Shown: positions 12,186-23,520 of the stretch, piece after piece | How positions within the stretch are numbered: position 1 is the first letter of the stretch | How the letters are laid out: the number at the start of each line of letters is the position of its first letter | DNA from: Eledone cirrhosa | Taxonomy: Eukaryota | Direction of reading: 5' to 3' | Assembly (NCBI GenBank): GCA_964016885.1 | Contig: OZ024755.1 | Location: forward strand, 22,320,001-22,384,000 | DNA length: 64,000 bases | Made by a program: the position numbers and the translations under genes | The notes under the pieces: generated by a model | What the model saw: the letters and a program-made list of their open reading frames with translations, nothing else | Told to the model about the DNA's origin: nothing | The model's database searches: none

Positions 12186-12571
12186 AAGAGATAGGGAGGG
12201 AGTGGGAGAATCATTGGCATCATTTCCTTTAGAACACAAACTCTACTAAAACAAGTATGTTTATTGATGTTCTGATGATCCATCTGTTTACTCAAACATG
12301 ACTTAATACTGTAATTGGATTTAAGTGAGGAACTGCTCATAAATAACACACATTCTTTTCATTGAGACTTGTCAAATCAACATCTAACTGGTTTAAATGC
12401 TCCACTTTAAATCTTTTTCTCCCCTAAGACCTTGTTTTATTTTCTCTCCTCTGCACAGATAAAGATGTCAGAGCCTTGATATTTCCTCAGCATAAATGTT
12501 TTACTGATTGGTTCATTATGACTTTGGCATGTTACTCCGTTCATAGTATAGAAGAGGATTTGTGCTCAGCC

Positions 12572-12825
12572 AGTTGAACTAAATTGTGATGGCTTATACC
12601 ATTTTTTTTTGGGGGGGGGGTCAAACTTTTGTTGATCTAAACTGATAGTTTATATCAGTTTGGGGTACTAATCTTTTGTTGAACTAAATTGTGATGGCTT
12701 ATACCAGTTTTTTTTTTGGGGGGGGGGGGGGATCTAAACTGATGGTTTATATCAGTTTGCGGGACTAATCTTTTGTTGAAGTAAAGTGTGATGGTTTATA
12801 CCAGTTTGGGGGCTAATCTTTTGAT
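12572..12825. repeat. Degenerate tandem repeat of about 100 bp (about 2.5 copies)
   Basis: GTTGAACTAAATTGTGATGGCTTATACCA and GATCTAAACTGAT(A/G)GTTTATATCAGTTTG modules repeated. Confidence 0.7.
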
Positions 12826-13229
12826 ATGTAGATCATAAACACTAACAATGTTAACTTCTGAAGGCCTAATGAAAGAATGTGAAAGGGTGTGTGTTTCGAA
12901 AAACAGTTTTAAAAAAAACCTGATGATGATTGTATATGTGTGTGTGTGTGTGTGTATAAGTTGCTGAAGCATTGAGCAGACCTATTATCAAATAGGATTC
13001 CAATTATGACCATTCAATCCATGCTACAACACATACAGATACCACAGCCTCTTCTTACAGGCCAAACAAATGAAAAAATAATATATATATATATATAAGC
13101 AGAAGGGATATTCAATTTACATAATCATTAGCATACTCATCCTAACAATTTTAAATCCGCTATCCAAGGAATACTTCTACTGATAAGGTATGTTCCTTGG
13201 CTATGTCAAAATTTATAAAACACACTTTG

Positions 13230-13291
13230 TGTTTTATCTGATGAAAGCGTATCAAAGTTTTTGGTACCCTTGAAATATATATAATAGAATA
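13230..13291 (+). ncRNA. Minimal type I hammerhead ribozyme motif (Penelope-like)
   Basis: Stem I TGTTTTAT/ATAGAATA, CTGATGA 13238-13244, stem II AAGCGTATCAAA/TTTGGTACCCTT, GAAA 13272-13275, palindrome TATATA, then TA; predicted cleavage after 13283. Confidence 0.75.
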
Positions 13292-13402
13292 AATATAGTT
13301 TTATAATTATAGTTTCCATTTATTTAATATCATTGTATAAATATATATATATATATATTAAAATATAAATATTAATAAAATAGATGTTCTTTTGATCAAT
13401 TA

Positions 13403-13457
13403 CATTTTATTATACATATTTCGGATGTACAACAGTACGTCCTCATCAGACAAAATA
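13403..13457 (-). ncRNA. Minimal type I hammerhead ribozyme motif (Penelope-like)
   Basis: Minus strand reads TATTTTGT-CTGATGA-GGACGTAC tgtt GTACATCC-GAAA-TATGTA-TA-ATAAAATG; the flank is homologous to the 2187-2432 element. Confidence 0.8.
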
Positions 13458-13521
13458 TAATGATACATGACATACCCATGTTCTTTGACATACTCATTGA
13501 ATATTGTTTAACACTTTAATA

Positions 13522-13561
<40 letters not shown>

Positions 13562-13571
13562 CCTACACCAT

Positions 13572-13729
13572 GATTAAATCGACACCAGTGTATTACTGGT
13601 ACTTTATTTTATCAACCCTGTAAGGATGAAAGGCAAAGCTAACCTCAGAAGGATTTGAACTCAGAACATAAAGGGCCATAACTCTATGCCGCAAAGTACG
13701 TTGTTCGATGCTCTACCGATTACTGCCAA
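13572..13729 (-). mobile_element. SINE family A (tail-truncated)
   Basis: GGATGAAAGGCAAAGCTAACCTC..GGATTTGAACTCAG body. Confidence 0.85.
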
Positions 13730-13871
13730 AAGACAACAATAATGACACATTACATCAGCATAGTGTTTATTTATCTACATCTGATTAGATTTGTTGATAA
13801 ATGATGCTATCTGTGCGTGGAACCATCATCGCCGATAGATTTTACATTTGTGATTAGATGCAATATCAATA

Positions 13872-13922
13872 ATTGTTTCTACTTTAGGCACAAGGCCAGC
13901 AATTACCCAGTGCATTACTGGT
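13872..13922 (-). mobile_element. About 50-bp 5'-truncated SINE A tail with 11-bp TSD
   Basis: ATATCAATAAT on both sides of a SINE A 3' end. Confidence 0.75.
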
Positions 13923-13999
13923 ATATCAATAATCTTGCTTCAAATGATTAAATCTTCCTTCTTCTTAACATCATCCACATTCATTCTCCTGCTCCACAT

Positions 14000-15305
14000 C
14001 TCTCTCTCTCTTCTTCTCCCTACCTTTCTTCCACTCTCTCTCTTCTTCTCCCTACCTCTCTTCCACTCTCTCTTGCTCTCTCTTCTTCTCCCTACCTTTC
14101 TTCCACTCTCTCTCTTCTTCTCCCTACCTCTCTTCCACTCTCTCTTGCTCTCTCTTCTTCTCCCTACCTCTCTTCCACTCTCTCTTGCTCTCTCTTCTTC
14201 TCCCTACCTTTCTTCCACTCTCTCTTGCTTTCTCTTCTTCTCCCTACCTCTCTTCCACTCTCTCTTGCTCTCTCTTCTTCTCCCTACCTCTCCCTACCTC
14301 TCTTCCACTCTCTCTTGCTCTCTCTTCTTCTCCCTACCTTTCTTCCACTCTCTCTCTTCTTCTCCCTACCTTTCTTCCACTCTCTCTCTCTTCTTCTCCC
14401 TACCTCTCCCTACCTCTCTTCCACTCTCTCTCGCTCTCTCTTCTTCTCCCTACCTCTCTTCCACTCTCTCTCTCTCTCTTCTTCTCCCTACCTCTCTTCC
14501 ACTCTCTCTCCCTCTCTCTCCTTCTCCCTACCTCTCTTCCACTCTCTCTTGCTCTCTCTTCTTCTCCCTACCTTTCTTCCACTCTCTCTCTCTTCTTCTC
14601 CCTACCTCTCCCTACCTCTCTTCCACTCTCTCTTGCTCTCTCTTCTTCTCCCTACCTTTCTTCCACTCTCTCTCTCTTCTTCTCCCTACCTCTCTTCCAC
14701 TCTCTCTCGCTCTCTCTTCTTCTCCCTACCTCTCTTCCACTCTCTCTCGCTCTCTCTTCTTCTCCCTACCTCTCTTCCACTCTCTCTTGCTCTCTCTTCT
14801 TCTCCCTACCTCTCTTCCACTCTCTCTTGCTTTCTCTTCTTCTCCCTACCTCTCTTCCACTCTCTCTCTTCTTCTCCCTACCTCTCTTCCACTCTCTCTC
14901 CCTCTCTCTCCTTCTCCCTACCTCTCTTCCACACTCTCTTGCTCTCTCTCCCTCTCTCTCCTTTTCCCTCTCTCTCCTTTTCCCTACCTCTCTTCCACTC
15001 TCTCTTGCTCTCTCTCCCTCTCTCTCCTTCTCCCTACCTCTCTTCCACTCTCTCTTGCTCTCTCTCTCCCACTCGCTCTTGCTCTCTCTCTCCCACTCGC
15101 TCTTGCTCTCTCTCCCACTCGCTCTTCCTCTCTCTCCCTCTCTCTACCTCTCTTCCACTCTCTCTCCCTCTCTCCCTACCTCTCTTCCAGTCTCTCTCTC
15201 TCTCTCTCCCTACCTCTCTTCCACTCTCTCCCTCTCTCTACCTCTCTTCCACTCTCTCTCTCTCCTCCCCCCTCTCTCTCTCTCTCCTCCCCCCTCTCTC
15301 TCTCT
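14000..15305. repeat. CT-rich minisatellite (about 40-bp unit); 1.3-kb polypyrimidine tract
   Basis: Unit CTCTCTCTTCTTCTCCCTACCTCTCTTCCACTCTCTCTTG with indel variants; source of the 400-500 aa L/S/P ORFs. Confidence 0.95.
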
Positions 15306-15466
15306 ATATATATATATATATTTACTGCTCATCTCTCAAAATGTCATTCAAAACATTTCTATCAAGATCATTTTGTCAAAACTATTTACTTCAAAACAAA
15401 CAAAAAGAAAAGAAAACAGCAACATTACATTCACTTTTATTTTTTAATCTGTAAGTTACACATAGA

Positions 15467-15710
15467 CATACATTGTTAAATACACATACACTCACATACA
15501 TTGTTAAATACACATACACTCACATACATTGTTAAATACACATACACTCACATACATTGTTAAATACACATACACTCACATACATTGTTAAATACACATA
15601 CACTCACATACATTGTTAAATACACATACACTTACACATACATTGTTAAATACACATACACTCACATACATTGTTAAATACACATACACTCACATACATT
15701 GTTAAATACA
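15467..15710. repeat. 28-bp tandem repeat (about 8.5 copies)
   Basis: CATACATTGTTAAATACACATACACTCA, period 28. Confidence 0.95.
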
Positions 15711-15795
15711 CACACACACCTGTACATGTTTTATCCATAAGTTACATACACACAGGGATTGTTAATTACACATACACACACATTTTATCCACAAG

Positions 15796-15849
<54 letters not shown>

Positions 15850-16034
15850 CTTCTGCTTCTGATATTTACATGTATTCATGTTGCATTAATAGATGTATAT
15901 GTAAATATATAACCATGTCTTTGTCTGTCTGTCTGTCTCTTTTTAAAACAACCTACCTGTCTCCTACCTTGTGTGTGTGTTAGTGTAACTGCGTTATCAT
16001 TTATATCATATATATATATATCTGTATTAATAGT

Positions 16035-16302
16035 TGATTTATTTATGCATTACCAGTGGTTTCGTGAGACCGGACATTCATTTGCATATTCACACATAAC
16101 TTTGCATTACCCTTAATACATTTTTCACTCTCCAGCGAATTTTCAACCATCAAGGTTGTTTTTCATGGTTATGTCACTGTTTATAAAACAAATTTTGTAT
16201 TTTATCTGATGAAAGCGCACTAAGATTAGCTTGGTTGCCCTTGAAATATATATAATAAAATAATTATGATTTATTTGTGCATTACCAGTGGTTTCGTGAG
16301 AC
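16035..16302 (+). mobile_element. Penelope-like pLTR or retrozyme-like unit with 36-bp terminal direct repeats
   Basis: TGATTTATTT(A/G)TGCATTACCAGTGGTTTCGTGAGAC at 16035-16070 and 16267-16302 (period 232) enclosing a hammerhead; homologous to about 13120-13300. Confidence 0.7.
16198..16262 (+). ncRNA. Minimal type I hammerhead ribozyme motif (Penelope-like)
   Basis: TATTTTAT-CTGATGA(16206)-AAGCGCACTAAG attag CTTGGTTGCCCTT-GAAA(16243)-TATATA-TA-ATAAAATA; perfect 8-bp stem I. Confidence 0.8.
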
Positions 16303-16592
16303 ATAAGCATGCCTAACTCTTCAGATGTATTTGAAACACAGCTGAAGACTTAGATGTGTTTAACTAAAACTCTAATAATGCATGAAGAAGTCAAACTGTT
16401 AATGCCAATATTTTCAACTTGCTCATTGTATCAATTGATCATTTCATCCATAATTATATATAATCTCTCTCTCTCTGAACAAGATATGGTCACTTGACTT
16501 AGCATTACCCATAACAGGACAACTCGTCTAATCCATGCTAGAGTGGAAAAATGGATGTAAAACGGTGATGATGATGATATATATTTATATAT

Positions 16593-16922
16593 ATATTGTT
16601 ATACTTTGGGAGAGTCATGTTGCCAATAAGAGGGTCATGTTGCCAATAAGAAACATACGCACCACTCGCTTTCACTCCAATTTATTATAAATGAAAAAAA
16701 TTTTTTTTAACTTTTTATAAATTTCCGGTTGGTTGGTTGGTTGGTTGGTTCCACAACCTGACGGTTGTTCATATATTGTCATAGTTCTTTCGTGACACAT
16801 TCTGTGACCTCTTCAGTGACTGGGCAACATGATTGGCAACATGACCCTCCCAAACTATAACAATATCGGTTTCAACACACGTTTTCAGATAAAGAATCTT
16901 GCTAAACAAATTCAGAAACGAA
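16593..16922 (-). mobile_element. Penelope-like fragment with 35-bp inverted repeat and degenerate hammerhead (16778-16820)
   Basis: 16593-16627 versus 16832-16866 inverted (2 mismatches). Minus strand reads GTCA-CTGAAGA-(damaged stem II)-GAAA-GAAC-TA-TGAC. Confidence 0.55.
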
Positions 16923-17279
16923 ATATATATATATATATATATATATGACTTTGCTGGTCAATTCTTATGAATGAAACAGTTCTATTCCTGTAGAAATCAG
17001 TTCTATAATAAGATAAAGATGCTTATACTTTACTAACGTATTGAGTACCTTTTTTAACTGTGGTCACATCCCGATATAGATCGGGAGTCCACCTTTATAT
17101 GTGTGTGTGTGTGTGCATGACGTGGGTTGTATATTATATATATAGAATAAGGATTTAGCTTCATGCATAGCCGAATATAGATATGTTTTAGAATTTTGTA
17201 TTTCTAAAGAAATATGGTATGTTTACAAATAAACATAGAAAGAGAATTGGATTAGGTTGTGATTTTGATTTCCAAACCA

Positions 17280-17412
17280 GGCATGTGTTGTGACCAGCAG
17301 ATAGTATTAGCAATTGTAAAGACCAATGGAAACATTGTTTCCTCGGACCGATTTGATGAGCTCCCCTCCCCCACTCATTAAGTGAATGAGGTCTGGGATC
17401 TTGTCGATCAAC
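17280..17412 (+). repeat. Unclassified interspersed repeat (also about 28875-29000 on minus and about 59545-59610)
   Basis: Shared GATAGTAT(T/C)AGCAAT..AAGACC.ATG.AAACATTGTTTCC core in three places. Confidence 0.6.
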
Positions 17413-17669
17413 TATTGATATACTTAGCTGGTAGCATCGCCAAAACTTCAGTAGCAGCCAATTGAGATATATGTATATAATAAATACAACTCATACATAA
17501 GGATTCACCCCATCAGTAAATGTTTGTTGTTTTTTTATATACCTATAAATTCACAACCAACCATTAATCTCTCCCCCTCTCTCACCCCCTCTTTTAACCC
17601 CCCCCCCCTCTCTCCCTATATATGTCTCACCCTCTCTCCCCTCTCACACCCATTTCAGAGAGTTTTGTC

Positions 17670-18070
17670 ATAAGTCTTTTGTTCAAGGCTTTAGCAAAGT
17701 CAAGATAAATAACATCCACCCATGAACCACCATCAGTACTTTGGATAATGTCTTCAAGAAACTTGATGAGTTGACCACAGCAGCTGGAGTTAAGGATACA
17801 TCCAAATTATGAGGGCCATATAAGGCTGTGAAAGTTCCAGAAGTTCTAAAGTGTTTCTCTGACACAGGACTCCATCAGTTTGGTGATGCAGCTAGTAAGA
17901 CTGACTAGACGATAGTTGACAAGACGACGTGCGATCGCCCTTTCTGAAAAGAGAAATTACACTGGCTGTTTTCCACTGCTCTGGAGTAACACTGTTGTTC
18001 AGACAGAATTGGAAGAAGTGTGATAGCTGGTGCAGAAGGAAGTACCCACCATGTTTGAGAAGTGTACTTG
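17670..18070 (-). pseudogene. Decayed CR1/Jockey-group LINE reverse transcriptase fragment
   Basis: Minus-strand frames give QWKTASVISLFRKGDR, NYRLVSLTSCITKLMESCV, QLIKFLEDI and VDVIYLDFAKA, with frameshifts. Confidence 0.85.
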
Positions 18071-18110
18071 TGTATGCATATTTAAATATAGCTAATTGTG
18101 TGGAATAATG

Positions 18111-18325
18111 GTTTCTTATATAGGCACAAGGCCAGCAATTTTGAGGGAGGCGAAAGTCGATTAAATCGACCCCAGTGCGTGACTGGTACTTTATTTGATC
18201 AACTCCGTAAGAATGAAAGGCAAAGTTAACCTCGGCGGGATTTGAACTCAGATCATAAAGGGCCGTAACTCTTTGCTGAAAAGCATGACATTCAACCCTC
18301 TACCGATACTGCCAATCCACCGCCT
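18111..18325 (-). mobile_element. SINE family A (long-tail variant) with 13-bp TSD
   Basis: GTGTGGAATAATG at 18098-18110 and 18330-18342. Confidence 0.9.
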
Positions 18326-19144
18326 GTGAGTGTGGAATAATGACATAGATTTCATCATGCCATAGTTATACATACACTAATGCATACACAAGACATATCA
18401 TCATCATCATTTAATGTCTGCTTTCCCTGCATATATGTATGTACGTATGTATGTATAAAGTAAAGTTTGTTTCTACTGAAAGATAGTCTCGTCAGAATCA
18501 ATTTCTAAAACCGTTCATCTTTATCATCTTTAGCTCGACTAAATCCTATTAAAGTAGAGCCAGTGATGCTTGTTAAAACAATTTAGCTAATCTAAATTGT
18601 TGCTGCATTAGATTATCAATCAGTTAGTTCTTCTTTAATCACTAGTTTCAGAGATGAATATTCTTTTGGGTAATAAATACCCAGCCATCACTAACTACCA
18701 GTCAATTAATGGTTCTTAAATGCTTATTTATATATACATTAGATTTGATATTAGCATACAATATAGATACCTAGCTCATTATTTCATAGAACATTCTGTA
18801 TACGAAGACGATTGCTTAATAATATTGTTCAATTTATATTCTCTCATGTTTATTGGTGTTGAGTACTAGAGAATCTAGGTGAAATCTGGGTTAGCTTCTG
18901 GATTTTACAGCATTTATATTGCCAATGCTCTTGAGAAAAACATGAATGTCACACAACCTATTTCCACCAAACTTGTAAGGTTTTAGAGTATGTACTTTTG
19001 CACTGAGAGCATTAGTTTCAAGTTTTCTTTTCACACCATAGACAGGACCTCTGAGACTCGTAGAGGAAGGTGATAAAGAAACCATGACTTAGATTTTGAT
19101 AATAAATTATCTTCAGAGCAGAGGCCTGGTTTAAATTCTTGCAG

Positions 19145-19405
19145 CAGTATAAACTCTGCTAAAGGTAGGGTTGTTAAACTACGCAACAGACATGGTCTAA
19201 CAGTGTAGACTCTGTTAAAGGCCCCCATGAGCCAGGTAGAGCTGTTAACCTATGCAACAGACATGGTCTAACAGTGTAGACTCTGCTAAAGGTATCCATA
19301 GGCATGGTAAAGCTGTTAAACTATGCAACAGACATGCTCTAACAGTGTAGACTCTGTTAAAGGCCCCCATGCTGTTAAACTATGCAACAGACATGGTCTA
19401 ACAGT
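19145..19405. repeat. 71-bp minisatellite (about 3.7 copies)
   Basis: TGTTAAACTATGCAACAGACATGGTCTAACAGTGTAGACTCTG starts at 19172, 19243, 19314 and 19373. Confidence 0.9.
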
Positions 19406-20059
19406 CGTGACAGTTCATAGCAAATTATTTTGTTCAAATAACCCTTATTTTTCTCATTAGTTTTCAGTTACATCTACTCAAAACTCAACACAGTATTGTA
19501 ATATATACTTACTGTTCATGAACCAATTATTTATTCTAATTTTTCAATTTTCTATATTTAGAATCTTACTTCATCAATGAATTTGTCCTTTGTATTTCAT
19601 GACCTTAAAATAGTTTCCTTTTTGTAATAAATCCAGGTTTTTAAAAATATTTTTAATTAAATTCAAACAGTTTCTCATAGTTATAATTGTTGTATTACTG
19701 TGTGAAGAGATGCTGTGCTGGCTGAAAAGGACCTGTCTTACACATGCAAGCATGAAAAACACACAGGAAAATAGTGATAATGATATAATGGTATATTTGT
19801 ATTTATCTTCAAGAAAACCTGTGGGATTAGATTTCTAATCCGATAGAAACAAATTCATTTCGGTTTATAACCAGTATGTAATCTAACTATTTTTATTTGG
19901 TTTAAGATGTATGGTATGGACTAATTATGTTTTATTAATTATGGCACTCATATTGCCTGTCATTAAATATTAAATAAATTATTGCCTGAGCTTTCTTAAA
20001 GTTCTCTGCTTTAATATTTAAAGGTCTTTTGGCCTTATGAAGGAAGAATATTAAATACT

Positions 20060-20138
20060 ACATCTTCTTCACCCACTTATTCCTGAGAGGGTCATGGGGG
20101 CAGAGTCCGCAAACAACTCCTTCCAGCGGGTCTTATAC
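20060..20138 (-). mobile_element. About 75-bp extreme 5'-truncated LINE 3' end with 11-bp TSD
   Basis: Matches the tails at 5940-6010 and 10610-10660; TATTAAATACT on both sides. Confidence 0.75.
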
Positions 20139-20803
20139 TATTAAATACTTTCTTTTTAATATTTGATTTTAACTTTAAAAAGTCGTCTTTATAACTGTAT
20201 GAACCTATTTTTAATGACTGGTTTTGTTTGTATCTTGTATTCATAATGCTGAATGAAAAGTTATTGATTTAAAACAAACTCTATTCAATTTAAGAGAAGT
20301 GAAAATAAAACCAATTAAAGCAACCAGTGATAATTGCTAAATTAACTAGGCATAAAATTATTTGAAGATTTGATTTTTCTATGATAAAATCTTTCTTTAT
20401 AATTTCTAATCTGAAGAAATGTTACCCAGTAAGTGTGAAATTATGAATAAAGAAAAAGAGAAATACTTATTTACTAAACAAATGATGTGCAGTCTAGGCT
20501 GAAGACATCCACAAATTTTAATAAAAAATATCTTCAGTGTTTTTTTTAGTTCCATAAATACAATAACATACAAATATATCTAAGAGGATACTTTCTCAGG
20601 TGCATACCAAAAAAACCCCCAAAACTTATAGAATTTTTGTATAAAGAAAAAAAGTTACATTCAGATTTCAAAGAAATTTTTTAAACTCTTAAGAGTTTTC
20701 TGGTGATTTTTCATTCTAGATAGTTATTTTAAAGTAAAAATGAAATGAAAGAAAAGAATTATATGATATTGAAGTCAAATCGATATCTAACTTGAATTTA
20801 TTG

Positions 20804-20840
<37 letters not shown>

Positions 20841-21309
20841 CTTGTGTGTGTGTATGTATATATACCATTAAAGAAAAAAGTAGGGAACTATAGTTTCTGT
20901 CTAAGTATCACTTACATAAGCATTACTGTTGGGTTTTTTTTCAATATACATCAATACTTCATTTTACGCTTCTTTCGTGAACAAAATATTTCTGTAAAGA
21001 ATCTTAATATAACAGAAATTTGACAGCCTTCTTTCTTGTTGCTTGACTGTTCTTGGAGTTTATCACTTAAATTTGAATCTCCTTGTTCCAATCATGTTGT
21101 TTTATTAATACACACACACACACGCACACACACAGAAGACAGCAACGAACCAGTCATACTTGATTTACTTGTGTCTTCTTGAGTGTTTGCACATGCTACA
21201 TCATACCACTTGTAGACAAATTTCATAATGGTTTAAAGTAAAGGAATTAAAACAAAAAAACATTAATTCATCATTTTTGATACATAACCATGCCATATAA
21301 GCATAAAGT

Positions 21310-21695
21310 AATCCAGCTGAGGTTAGCTTTGCCTTTCATCCTTACGGGAGTCGATAAAATAAAGTACCAATAATGAACTGGGATCAATAAAATAAAGTAC
21401 CAGTAATACACTGGGGTCAATTTAATCAACTTTCCTCTCCCCAAAAATTGTTAGCCTTATGCCTAAACCAGAAACCATTGTGGTTTGGCAGTATTGGTAA
21501 AGAGTCGGACACCATGCTTTGCAGCATAGAGTTACAGCCCATTATGGTCTGAGTTCAAATCCCCCCGAGGTTAACTTTGCCTTTCATCCTTACGGGATCG
21601 ATAAAATAAAGCACCAATAACATACTGGGGTCAATTTAATGGACTTTCCCCTTCTCCCAAATTACTGGCCTTGTGCCTATACTAGAAATAATTAT
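21310..21695 (+). mobile_element. Two tandem SINE A copies (partial 21310-21475, full 21479-21695)
   Basis: Two successive CTTTGCCTTTCATCCTTACGG bodies. Confidence 0.85.
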
Positions 21696-21934
21696 TAAAT
21701 GCCAAATTAAAGATTATTAAAAGAGTACAAGGAAACATGTGGCAGAATTGTAACAACTTACACTGTCAATTTAAAAAAGCAACAATCAATCAACCTGACA
21801 AAACAGAACTAATTGAAACATATTATATTTTATTGTTTAATATTTTTATTTACTTGTTCCATAAATTAAAGAAAGTATGTATATTGTGTTGATTGAATTA
21901 CGTATAATTTTGTTCTGAGGATTTTTTCTATATG

Positions 21935-22530
21935 TCCTGTGCTGGTGCCACAACAAAAAGCACCCAGTCCACCCTGTAAGGTCATCATGATAAAATGCTC
22001 CCAGTACATGCTGTATAGTGGTTGGTGTTAGGAAGGGCATCCAGCCATAACAATCATGTTCCCAGTAACACTGTAAAGTGGTTGGTTTTAAGAAGGGCAT
22101 CCAGTCATAAAAGCCATGTTCCCAGTACCCACTGTAAAATGGTTGGTGTTAGGGAGGATGTCCATCCATAAAAAACTATGCTCCCAGTACATGCTGTAAA
22201 GTGGTTGACATTAGGAAGATAATAGAAACCAAGCCAAAATAATGAATACAAGCAGGACCTAGTCACCTGACTAGACTGGCCTCAGCATGTGACATTCGTA
22301 TAACCCATGCATGGAAAATAGATGTTAAACAGCGATGATGATGAAGATGATTCTCTGCTTATCCAGTTTAGAATAGGTACACCTTGACCCTGTTTGTTGT
22401 AAGAAGTGATTAAAAGAGTTGATGTCAGGAAGGGCATCCAGCTATAAAACATTACTTAAAAAATCCCAACCAACCCATCCCAGCATGGAAAAAAATCAAT
22501 GTAAAAATGATGATGATGATGATGATGTAG
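21935..22530 (+). mobile_element. RTE-tailed short elements with an internally amplified module of about 60 bp
   Basis: Four repeats of CCCAGTAC..CTGTAAAGTGGTTGGTGTTAGGAAGGGCATCCA; tails ...CCCATGCATGGAAAA..GATGATGA at about 22300 and 22480. Confidence 0.7.
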
Positions 22531-23200
22531 GGATATCAACATCATCATCATCATCATTATTTCAAATAAGTGTATATTTCTTTTTAAAAGTTAGAACTTA
22601 TCTGCAAACAAGGTATGCATTACCTTCGTCTAATAATGAAGTTTCTGATAGCAAATAAAAAGTAGAACATATAAATTTCATTTGTGAAGCTATTGATGTA
22701 TAGGATTTGTAGACTGTCAGATATATAATATTAAAACTATTGATAGTTCAATAAATACAACTTTCCAACATCATTAACATGTCCAGCCTGATTTATAACC
22801 ACGATATATGTATTCATTAACATAATTCGATTATTTACTCTATGTTGTGTTACCAGTTTTGTAATCACTAGTGTTCTAACAAAACTACTGCTTCACTCCC
22901 CACTCTTAGCAACTGACTATTATATTGTTTTTATTATTTTTTATTAGTTTCAGTCATTAGACTACAGACATCCTGAGGCTCTATCCCTAAGGGTTTTAGT
23001 CAATTATATCATCAACCCCAGTACATTGTCTGGTACTTATATTATTGACCTCAAGAGGAGGGATAGTATTGTCAATCCAACTGTAAAAAAATATAATTGA
23101 ATATCACGATGTATATTTCTTTGAAGCTCTGTTAATCCTGCAATGCACACACACACACAAACACACACATACATGCACATGCACACACACACACCCATAA

Positions 23201-23250
<50 letters not shown>

Positions 23251-23329
23251 TCACCACTGTTTAACGTCCATTTTTCCACACTAGCACAAATTATTTATAA
23301 ATATATATTGTCTCTATATATATTTATAA

Positions 23330-23520
23330 AGAAGGAGTTGTGGTAAGGAACCAGATGGACCATAACGCACCAGAGTACTCAATACTTAGGGTAGTAGAGT
23401 GGGTAATAGGAAAATGTATGACCCCGGTGGCGGAGCTCAAGTCATTTCGATGACTATTTCTGGACTAAATTACAATTTTTAGGCTTGAGCTCTGCCGTCG
23501 GGGTCATACATTTTCTTATA
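23330..23520 (-). mobile_element. Interspersed repeat family C (Penelope-like 3' end) with inverted duplication
   Basis: Homologous to 38590-38750 and 54493-54700; about 38-bp inverted repeat at 23405-23443 / 23482-23520. Confidence 0.6.

Noticed and set aside
13935-15479. ORFs of 514, 420 and 409 aa
   Set aside because: All three frames are open only because the CT minisatellite lacks stop codons; low-complexity L/S/P sequence.
17683-17865. 60-aa ORF as a host gene
   Set aside because: Off-frame reading of the decayed CR1-like RT fragment.
18911-18974. Possible 64-nt plus-strand exon (TTTTACAG|...|GTAAGG; IYIANALEKNMNVTQPISTKL)
   Set aside because: Weak polypyrimidine tract, no recognisable homology, and expected by chance in 64 kb of AT-rich DNA.
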